From Firmicutes bacterium CAG:884 (GTDB taxonomy: Bacteria > Bacillota_I > Bacilli_A > RF39 > UBA660): a DNA stretch of 64,000 bases. The translations under genes were made by a program, and so were the position numbers. Location of the stretch: positions 2,908 through 66,907 of the forward strand of contig HF993346.1 of assembly GCA_000433875.1 (NCBI GenBank). Direction: 5' to 3'. Numbering within the stretch: position 1 is the stretch's first letter; each line of letters starts with the position of its first letter. The notes under the pieces are model-generated. The model saw only the letters and a list, made by a program, of their open reading frames with translations. It was not told where the DNA came from and ran no database searches. Of this stretch, positions 21,401 to 29,042 are shown piece after piece.

Positions 21401-22478
21401 AAAAATTATCTTTACCAACAAAAACATTATATATTTCAACGTATCTATAACTTAATTTTGCGCAATTGGAATCTGGTACAAGAATTTTTAATTCAACTAA
21501 TTTGTCGATTAGGTTTGATACTGTATTTCTTGAAACACCTGATTCTTCTTCAATTTCTTTTTTTGTAAAGACAATTTGTCTCATTATAGCTGGCATAATT
21601 CTATAAACAGCATTACTTTTTAGTATTGCGATTTTTTCCATATCTTTTGTATATATTTGTTTAATTCTATTTATTTTTGCAATATAATTATTGCATTGTT
21701 CGATTATACATTCAAGAAAAAACTTTATAAATCCAACCATATTTCCTTTACGGCTTTCGTTTAAGAGCCTTTGATAGCTTGGTTTATATAATTCGATAAC
21801 CTCTGACAAAAATAAAATTGGTTCATCTTCTGTTAGAAGCGCTAATTGTATTGGTATAAGAGCTCTTCCTAATCTACCATTACCATCTCTGTATGCGTGA
21901 ATTGTTTCAAATTGAGAATGTGATATGGCTAAATTTATGAATATTGGATCAATATATGCATTATTCATATAGTCAAATAGATTATCTAATAGAGTAGGTA
22001 CTTCTTCTGGTATTGGTGGAACAAAGATTGCTTCTTCAATTGAACATCCTTTTGGTCCAATCCAATTTTGAACTGTTCTGACTTTTCCTGGTTCTTTTTT
22101 GTTTCCCCTAATGCTATTTAATAATATTTGATGTAATTTATTAAGAAATGTAATTGTAATTTTATTATTGCTTTTTAAATAATTTTTTGAATAATCAATA
22201 ACTTCTTTTAAATTTTGTATTTCCAAATTATCATCTGTTTTTGGCATATATTTTAAATAATACATATCATCTTGTGATATTTGAGTTCCTTCAATTTGAG
22301 TTGATTTTAAACTTTCACTTAATGTAACAGAGTCTAAAAAGAATCTTGAATCAAATTGACAGTTTTTAAGACTTGACTTATATTCTCCATATTTTAGGTT
22401 TGCTTCAGCTAACAAACTAACAAGTTCCTTGTCTAAAGAATATTCCATTGGTAGTTTTTGAACTTTTACTGGTTCCAT
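21399..22478 (-). CDS. fic: Fic/Doc family protein (class II Fic with N-terminal inhibitory motif and C-terminal wHTH)
   Basis: Fic active-site motif HAYRDGNGRLGR (HxFx[DE]GNGRxxR). Upstream inhibitory-helix motif S-T-Q-I-E-G ([ST]xxxE[GN]). C-terminal HTH-like VSRNTVSNLIDKLVELKIL. A GAGGTGA SD supports the ATG at 22478; the track begins at the GTG at 22487. Confidence 0.85.
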   Translation of the reverse strand: MEPVKVQKLPMEYSLDKELVSLLAEANLKYGEYKSSLKNCQFDSRFFLDSVTLSESLKSTQIEGTQISQDDMYYLKYMPKTDDNLEIQNLKEVIDYSKNYLKSNNKITITFLNKLHQILLNSIRGNKKEPGKVRTVQNWIGPKGCSIEEAIFVPPIPEEVPTLLDNLFDYMNNAYIDPIFINLAISHSQFETIHAYRDGNGRLGRALIPIQLALLTEDEPILFLSEVIELYKPSYQRLLNESRKGNMVGFIKFFLECIIEQCNNYIAKINRIKQIYTKDMEKIAILKSNAVYRIMPAIMRQIVFTKKEIEEESGVSRNTVSNLIDKLVELKILVPDSNCAKLSYRYVEIYNVFVGKDNF

Positions 22479-22532
22479 TTTATTCACCTCTACTGTAATT
22501 TTACTATAAATAATATCAAAAGTAAAGAAAAA

Positions 22533-22612
22533 TGCACAATATTCTCGAAATACTGTGCATTTTTATGCTTTTATATGCCTTTTTTGCACAATCATTGTGC
22601 AATTTTTTTAAA
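22533..22612. repeat. ~90-bp repeat module, copy 2, upstream of fic and downstream of the tRNA genes
   Basis: Same hairpin A and palindrome B as copy 1, in the same orientation on the + strand. Confidence 0.8.
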
Positions 22613-22614
22613 TA

Positions 22615-22690
22615 TGGTGCCAGCTGACGGACTTGAACCATCGACCTATGCGTTACGAGTGCATTGCTCTACCAACTAAGCTAAGCTGGC
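22615..22690 (-). tRNA. tRNA-Thr (anticodon CGU)
   Basis: The reverse complement folds as a cloverleaf: acceptor GCCAGCT/AGCTGGC, T-arm GATGG-TTCAAGT-CCGTC, anticodon loop CTCGTAA, encoded CCA. Hand-folded. Confidence 0.8.
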
Positions 22691-22695
22691 TTAAA

Positions 22696-22769
22696 TGGCT
22701 GCCCTAGTTAGGTTCGAACTAACGCTCACGGAGTCAGAGTCCGATGCCTTACCACTTGGCTATAGGGCA
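22696..22769 (-). tRNA. tRNA-Gln (anticodon CUG)
   Basis: The reverse complement TGCCCTATAGCCAAGTGGTAAGGCATCGGACTCTGACTCCGTGAGCGTTAGTTCGAACCTAACTAGGGCAGCCA is collinear with Bacillus tRNA-Gln but carries CTG in the anticodon loop. Confidence 0.8.
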
Positions 22770-22809
22770 ACTACTTATTAAGTATATCACTATAAAAGTA
22801 ATATTTCAA

Positions 22810-23652
22810 TTATAAAATATTAAATAAATCAAAAATAATACCAACTAATGAACCTATTAAATAAATTATACTTAATATTTTGATATTTTCTTTTATATTT
22901 TTATTTACTTTAAATAAAACCATTAAGGCAATACCTGAACCAGTTAATAATCCGGCAAGCATTGATCCGAAACTGATTGAGGAATTTAAATATAATTCTG
23001 TTATAACAATACTAGAAGCACAATTAGGAATTAAACCAATTAAACTTGAAATAAAGGGACTAAATATTGAGCCTTTTAGTAAAATGTTTGATAATTTATC
23101 GGTTCCTAAATAATGAATACCAAGATTTAAGAGTAGGGTAGTTATTAATATAAATGCTCCAATATTTATTGTATGGTGAATTGATGATTTTATAATACCA
23201 TTTTCACAATGACATTCATCTTCAATACAAACATTTTCGATATCAATTTTTTTCTTCTTACTCATTAAATCAATTATTAAACCAAATAACATACCAATAA
23301 CTATTTTTAAAAGAATTACAGTTAAAACAAATGAGAATTTCGCGCCACTACTTAACATAACAGGAATCATTTCATCACTTGTTGATAAATAAACAGCAAT
23401 AAGAGTACCGATTGTAATTATTTTACCTGCGTATAAATTAGTCATTGCAACAGAGAATCCACATTGCGGGAATGCTCCAAGGATTGATCCGATAATTGGA
23501 CCAAATCTACCTGATGAAATTATTTTTTTTTGAAATTTTTTAGAAACCTTATGTTCCATATATTCCATAAGTAAAAAAGCACAAAATAAAAATGGTAAAA
23601 TTTTGATAAAATCAATTAATGTATCTAATAATATTTCTTTCATATAAATCAC
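22810..23652 (-). CDS. Polytopic membrane protein with central Cys/His-rich loop (putative metal-related permease)
   Basis: 280 aa, ~8 TM helices. A conserved-looking FPQCGFS motif and a cytoplasmic loop CIEDECHCENGIIKSSIHH. Family not assigned with confidence. Confidence 0.5.
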   Translation of the reverse strand: MIYMKEILLDTLIDFIKILPFLFCAFLLMEYMEHKVSKKFQKKIISSGRFGPIIGSILGAFPQCGFSVAMTNLYAGKIITIGTLIAVYLSTSDEMIPVMLSSGAKFSFVLTVILLKIVIGMLFGLIIDLMSKKKKIDIENVCIEDECHCENGIIKSSIHHTINIGAFILITTLLLNLGIHYLGTDKLSNILLKGSIFSPFISSLIGLIPNCASSIVITELYLNSSISFGSMLAGLLTGSGIALMVLFKVNKNIKENIKILSIIYLIGSLVGIIFDLFNIL

Positions 23653-23703
23653 GATGATATTATATCAGAAAATAAAGAAATAAGCAAATAATTGTTAGGC
23701 ACT

Positions 23704-23732
23704 TGACAATTATTTTTAGGAGTGTTATCATT
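23704..23732 (+). promoter_or_regulatory. Sigma-A type promoter of the marR-ABC operon
   Basis: TTGACA (23704-23709), a 17-nt spacer, TATCAT (23727-23732), then a GGTGA SD and the ATG at 23751. Confidence 0.5.
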
Positions 23733-23750
23733 AATAAGCTGGTGATATAA

Positions 23751-24182
23751 ATGAACAGAAAAATACTTTATGAATTAAAAAATTTAGATTGTGAAATAAT
23801 AAGTAGAATGAATAAACAAAGTATGCCACTTGGTTTAACACAAGTAAAAATAATTGAATATTTAATAAAAAATGAACATACTTATCAAAAAGATTTAGAA
23901 AAAAACTTGAAATTATCAAGAGCTACTATATCTTGTGTACTTAAAACAATGGAAAAAAATAAAATAATTGAGAGATGCTCAAACGAAAGTGATGCAAGGA
24001 GTAAAGAGGTTAAACTCAATGAAAAATTAAAAACAAAATTAGAAGAAAATATAAAAGAAATAGGAATACTTGAACAAAATATAACTAAAGGTATTGATAA
24101 AGAAGACTTAGAAATATTTTTGAAAGTATTAAACAAAATGAAAGAAAATATAAGGAGTGATAAGAATGATAAAATTAATTAA
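23751..24182 (+). CDS. MarR-family transcriptional regulator
   Basis: 143 aa with a winged-HTH core (LTQVKIIEYLIKNEHTYQKDLEKNLKLSRATISCVLKTMEKNKIIER), as in MarR. Confidence 0.8.
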   Translation: MNRKILYELKNLDCEIISRMNKQSMPLGLTQVKIIEYLIKNEHTYQKDLEKNLKLSRATISCVLKTMEKNKIIERCSNESDARSKEVKLNEKLKTKLEENIKEIGILEQNITKGIDKEDLEIFLKVLNKMKENIRSDKNDKIN

Positions 24183-25914
24183 GAACTTTGAAAAAAAAGA
24201 TTATACATTAGTATTATTAATTGTTATTTTGATTGTTGTACAAGTATGGTTAGATTTAAAGATGCCTGATTATATGTCAGAAATTACTAAACTTGTTAAA
24301 ACAGAAGGTAGTAATATGAGTGATATTCTTTATAATGGCGGATTTATGCTACTTTGTAGTTTAGGAAGTTTAACATCTACAATTATATCAGGATACTTTC
24401 TTGCTCTTTTATCTTCAAGGTTTTCAAGTAATATAAGAAAGAAATTATTTTATAAAGTTGAAAGTTTATCTTTGAATGAAATTAAAAAGTTTGAAACAAG
24501 TAGTTTAATTACAAGAACTACTAATGATATATCACAGGTTGAAATGTTAATTGGTATGGGATTACAATTATTAATAAAAGCACCTATAACTGCTGTATGG
24601 GCTATATGTAAGATAGTTAATAAGAGTTTTGCTTGGACACTTGCTACATCAATAAGTGTAATAATTATGTTAACGGTTGTAACAATACTTACAATTGTTG
24701 TAATACCAAAATTTAAAATTGTTCAAAAGTTAATTGATAAATTAAATAAAGTTGCTCGTGAAAATATTACTGGTATAAGGGTAATAAGAGCTTTTAATGC
24801 AGAGAAATATACAAAAGATAAATATGAAGATGTTAATACAAAATTAACAAATCAACAATTATTTAATCAAAAAGCGTTTGCGGTTATGTCGCCAATGATG
24901 TATTTGATAATGAATATGCTTGCTTTAGCAATTTATATAATTGGTGCGAATTTGATAATGAATGCTAATTTATCTGATAAGTTAACCTTATTTGGTGATA
25001 TGATTGTATTTTCAAGTTATTCAATGCAAATAATAATGTCATTTTTAATGCTTGCTATGATTTTTACTGTTTTGCCAAGAGCTGAAGTATCAGCAAATCG
25101 TATAAATGAGGTTTTGGATACAGAATCAAGTATTATAGATGGAACATTTGATGGAAAAACAGAAACTAAAGGTACTGTTGAATTTTGTAATGTATCATTT
25201 AAATATCCGGATGCTAAAGAATATATTCTAGAAAATATTTCTTTTAAGGCAAATAAGGGTGAAACTGTTGCATTTATAGGATCTACTGGTTCTGGTAAAT
25301 CTACTTTAATAAATCTTGTTCCAAGATTTTATGATGTTACTGAAGGGGAAGTATTAGTTGATGGAAAGAATGTTAAGGATTATAAACTTGAAAAGTTATA
25401 TAATAAATTAGGATATGTTTCACAAAAGGCGGTTATATTTAATGGTAGTGTTAAATATAATGTTGCTTTTGGTGAAAATGGTAAGAAAAAAGATGTAAAA
25501 AATGCTATTAAGATCGCGAAGGCTGAAGATTTTGTTTTGAATATGGATGATAAATACGATAGTCTTTTATCACAAGGTGGAACAAATATATCTGGTGGTC
25601 AAAAACAAAGAATCTCAATAGCTCGTGCGATTGCTAGAGATCCGGAAATCTATATATTTGATGATTCTTTTTCAGCTCTTGATTATAAAACTGATTTAGA
25701 ATTAAGAAAAGCTTTAAGGAAAAATGTTAAAGATGCAACTTGTTTAATAGTAGCTCAAAGAATTGGTACTATTATGCATGCTGATAAGATTGTTGTTTTA
25801 GATGAAGGAAAGTGTGTTGGTATTGGAACACATGAGGAATTATTAAAGAATTGTCCTGTTTATAAAGAAATTGCACTTTCACAAATAAGTGAGGAGGAGT
25901 TGGAAAATGCCTAG
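24166..25914 (+). CDS. ABC exporter, fused permease/ATP-binding subunit (half-transporter A)
   Basis: Six-TM N-terminal domain. Walker A GSTGSGKST, signature ISGGQKQRISIAR, Walker B IYIFDDSFSALD. An AAGGAG SD supports the ATG at 24166. Confidence 0.85.
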   Translation: MIKLIKNFEKKDYTLVLLIVILIVVQVWLDLKMPDYMSEITKLVKTEGSNMSDILYNGGFMLLCSLGSLTSTIISGYFLALLSSRFSSNIRKKLFYKVESLSLNEIKKFETSSLITRTTNDISQVEMLIGMGLQLLIKAPITAVWAICKIVNKSFAWTLATSISVIIMLTVVTILTIVVIPKFKIVQKLIDKLNKVARENITGIRVIRAFNAEKYTKDKYEDVNTKLTNQQLFNQKAFAVMSPMMYLIMNMLALAIYIIGANLIMNANLSDKLTLFGDMIVFSSYSMQIIMSFLMLAMIFTVLPRAEVSANRINEVLDTESSIIDGTFDGKTETKGTVEFCNVSFKYPDAKEYILENISFKANKGETVAFIGSTGSGKSTLINLVPRFYDVTEGEVLVDGKNVKDYKLEKLYNKLGYVSQKAVIFNGSVKYNVAFGENGKKKDVKNAIKIAKAEDFVLNMDDKYDSLLSQGGTNISGGQKQRISIARAIARDPEIYIFDDSFSALDYKTDLELRKALRKNVKDATCLIVAQRIGTIMHADKIVVLDEGKCVGIGTHEELLKNCPVYKEIALSQISEEELENA

Positions 25915-28093
25915 ACCTAATCAAAATGTTGAAAAGGCTAAAAACTTTAAAAATGCTATAACTAGATTATTTAAAGAATTGAAGCCTTTTAAAGTAAGTA
26001 TTATTGTTGCAGTTCTTTTGACAACGATAAGTTCCTTACTTGCTATATTTACACCTAATGTTTTATCGGATTTAACTAATAAGATATCTGAGGGATTAGT
26101 TATAAATAAAGATAATCTCGAAACAATTTATAAGAGTGTAAGTAATGATATAACTGAGGATAGTATTAAAAGTATTATTAAAATTGATTTGAAATCTTTA
26201 TCAAAAGATGAAAAAGAATTATTTTTAAGAAATGGTTTTAATAATATAGATGATGAATTATTAAATAAAGTTATAGTAGATAATAATATAAATGGGGTAA
26301 TAATTACTAAAGATGAACAAATCAATTTAATTAAAAATAGAGTCATTTCACCTTCTATTGGAAAATTATTAATTAATGATATAGAAATTGATGGTACTAT
26401 TTTAAAGGGCGAAGATCTTGCCATGTTATCTTCTTTAATTGGAATAACTGATTCAAAAGAAATATATAATAAATTAGATGAGATGCCTGATACTATTAAA
26501 AAAGTAATAGAACCAACGATGGATGTTAATCGAATCAAACACTTGGCGATTTTTCTTGGAATTGTATATCTAATAAGTGCTTTATTTAATTATTTGGAAT
26601 CTATTATAATGACAAATACTTCTAATAAGTTTGCTTTTAAATTAAGAAGTAGAATTGGTACAAAATTAAATAAACTTCCACTTAAGTATTTTGATCAAAA
26701 TCAAACTGGTGATACTTTATCAAGAATAACGAATGATGTTGATACAGTTGCTGGTTCAATGGATCAGTCAATTGCTTCTTTAGTAAGCGCTCTTGCTTTA
26801 TTTATTGGTACAATTGTAATGATGTTTACAACTAATGTAATAATGGCTATAACTGCTATTTTATCTAGTTTGTTTGGATTTATTTTTATGTTTATTGTTT
26901 TATCAAAGTCACAAAAATATTTTATAATCAGACAAAAAGAATTGGGTGAGTTAAATGCTCATATAGAGGAATCTTATTCTGGTTTGAACGTTATAAAGGC
27001 GTATAATGGTGAAAAGGAAATAAATGATGAGTTTAATAAATTAAACAATAAAATGTATGATGCCAATCAAAAGAGTAGATTTTTATCTGGTTTAATGATG
27101 CCAATGATGCATTTCGTGGGTAATTTTGGTTATGTTGCTGTGTGTATTGTTGGTGCCTTACTTGTTTTAAATAGTAAAACTGATTTTGGAACAATTGTTG
27201 CATTTATTACATATGTTAGATTATTTACATCACCACTTTCACAAATTGCTGAGGCTATGACTAGTATGCAAACGGTTGCTGCTGCTAGTGAGAGAGTGTT
27301 TGAATTTTTGGATGAAAAAGAGATGTCAAGTGAAAAGCATATTACGAAAACTTTAGAAAATGTTAAGGGCGATGTTATTTTTAAGAATGTATCATTTAAA
27401 TATGATGGCAATTTAGAAAATACAATTAATAACTTTAGTGCTAAGATTACTAGAGGCTCTAAGGTTGCAATAGTTGGTCCAACGGGTGCTGGTAAGACAA
27501 CAATGGTTAATTTGCTTATGAAATTTTATGATATAACTGATGGTGATATAACGATTGATGGTATATCTATAAAGGAATTGACGCGAACTAATATACATGA
27601 TTTATTTACGATGGTTTTACAAGATACTTGGGTATTTAATGGTACTATAAAAGAAAATATTATTTTCAATAAGAAAAATATAAGTGATAAAGAAGTAGAG
27701 ATTGTATGTAAGATTGTTGGTCTTGATCATTTTGTTAAGACTTTACCAGATGGTTATAATACAATTTTAACTGATAGTGATAGTATTTCTTCTGGTCAAA
27801 GACAATTGCTTACAATCGCGCGTGGTATTTTACAAAATACGCCTTTACTTATTTTAGATGAGGCTACATCTAATGTTGATACGCGTACAGAAGAGTTAGT
27901 TCAAAAGGCAATGGATGAACTTGCTAAAAATAAAACGTCATTTATAATCGCACATAGATTATCAACGATTAAGAATGCTGATTTAATTTTAGTTATGAAA
28001 GATGGTAATATTATTGAGCAAGGTTCTCATAATGAATTAATTGAAAAGAATGGCTTTTATGCTGAATTATATAATTCACAATTTGAATTATAG
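25907..28093 (+). CDS. ABC exporter, fused permease/ATP-binding subunit (half-transporter B) with large extracytoplasmic insertion
   Basis: Walker A GPTGAGKTT, signature SSGQRQLLTIAR, Walker B LILDEATSNVD. About 170 aa of hydrophilic sequence lie between TM1 and TM2. GAGGAGGAG SD; the start overlaps the stop of subunit A. Confidence 0.85.
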   Translation: MPRPNQNVEKAKNFKNAITRLFKELKPFKVSIIVAVLLTTISSLLAIFTPNVLSDLTNKISEGLVINKDNLETIYKSVSNDITEDSIKSIIKIDLKSLSKDEKELFLRNGFNNIDDELLNKVIVDNNINGVIITKDEQINLIKNRVISPSIGKLLINDIEIDGTILKGEDLAMLSSLIGITDSKEIYNKLDEMPDTIKKVIEPTMDVNRIKHLAIFLGIVYLISALFNYLESIIMTNTSNKFAFKLRSRIGTKLNKLPLKYFDQNQTGDTLSRITNDVDTVAGSMDQSIASLVSALALFIGTIVMMFTTNVIMAITAILSSLFGFIFMFIVLSKSQKYFIIRQKELGELNAHIEESYSGLNVIKAYNGEKEINDEFNKLNNKMYDANQKSRFLSGLMMPMMHFVGNFGYVAVCIVGALLVLNSKTDFGTIVAFITYVRLFTSPLSQIAEAMTSMQTVAAASERVFEFLDEKEMSSEKHITKTLENVKGDVIFKNVSFKYDGNLENTINNFSAKITRGSKVAIVGPTGAGKTTMVNLLMKFYDITDGDITIDGISIKELTRTNIHDLFTMVLQDTWVFNGTIKENIIFNKKNISDKEVEIVCKIVGLDHFVKTLPDGYNTILTDSDSISSGQRQLLTIARGILQNTPLLILDEATSNVDTRTEELVQKAMDELAKNKTSFIIAHRLSTIKNADLILVMKDGNIIEQGSHNELIEKNGFYAELYNSQFEL

Positions 28094-28101
28094 GAGGTTA
28101 T

Positions 28102-28959
28102 ATGAAGTTTAAAAAAATTAAAATGGCTAGTATTTTAGGGATAATTGGTAATTTATTTTTACTTATTATAAAGGGAATAGTTGGTATTATTACAGGGAGT
28201 AAAGCAATGCTTGCCGACTCTCTTAATAGTGCTTCTGATATATTTTCATCAATTATGACTTTTATTGGTAATAAGATTGCATCAGTTCCTTCTGATGATG
28301 ATCATAATTTAGGTCATGGTAAGGCAGAATATATTTATTCTTTACTTATTAGTATTGTTATGATTTTGGTTGCACTTTTTACAATAAAGGATACAATTTT
28401 TTCGCTTATTAATAAGAATGTATATAAGTTTAATATATTTTTGATTATTGTTTGTATTGTTACAATAATTGTTAAATTTTCTTTATTTTTATATACAAAT
28501 AGTATTTATAAAAGGTATCATTCTTTACTTATAAAGGCTAATTCAAAGGATCATTTAAATGATTGTATTTTGACTTTGCTTAACTTAATTTCTATTATAT
28601 TATCATATTATGGTGTTTATTTTGTTGATGGAATTGTTGGCATTATAATTGCTTCGTTTATTTTGATAACTGGCATTAAGATATATAGAGAATCATATGA
28701 TGTTTTAATGGATAAATCTATTTCGATTGAAACTAAAAAGAAGGTACTTGATATTATTGGTAATTATGATGAAATTAAAAAAATAAATCATTTTAATTCA
28801 ACTCCGGTTGGTTATAAATATCAGATTTCGTTTACAATATTTGTAGATGGCAATTTGTCTACTTTTGATAGTCATAAGATTGCTGATTCTTTGGAAAAAG
28901 AGATTTCTAATAAGATAGATGATATATATTTAACGGTTATACACGTAAATCCTATTTAA
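28102..28959 (+). CDS. Cation diffusion facilitator family transporter
   Basis: 285 aa. CDF signature region IITGSKAMLADSLNSASDIFSS...HNLGHGKAEY, six TM helices and a C-terminal cytoplasmic domain. AGGAGG SD. Confidence 0.8.
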   Translation: MKFKKIKMASILGIIGNLFLLIIKGIVGIITGSKAMLADSLNSASDIFSSIMTFIGNKIASVPSDDDHNLGHGKAEYIYSLLISIVMILVALFTIKDTIFSLINKNVYKFNIFLIIVCIVTIIVKFSLFLYTNSIYKRYHSLLIKANSKDHLNDCILTLLNLISIILSYYGVYFVDGIVGIIIASFILITGIKIYRESYDVLMDKSISIETKKKVLDIIGNYDEIKKINHFNSTPVGYKYQISFTIFVDGNLSTFDSHKIADSLEKEISNKIDDIYLTVIHVNPI

Positions 28960-28960
28960 A

Positions 28961-28990
28961 AATTACAGAAATGTAATTTTTTTTATTGTT
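28961..28990 (+). terminator. Rho-independent terminator after CDF gene
   Basis: aaattacagaaatgtaattttttttat: stem aattaca/tgtaatt followed by a T-run. Confidence 0.6.
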
Positions 28991-29042
28991 TTTTTTGATA
29001 AAATATTGTAAAATGAATATGGTAAGAAAAATAGGTGAGTTT

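Noticed and set aside
21317-21568. 83-aa ORF (+) and the 22458..22679 (+) 73-aa ORF flanking fic
   Set aside because: Both run through the repeat/hairpin modules. The second overlaps tRNA-Thr on the opposite strand. Translations are low-complexity (FLYFLMSFCTMIVHFF...), consistent with chance ORFs in palindromic DNA.
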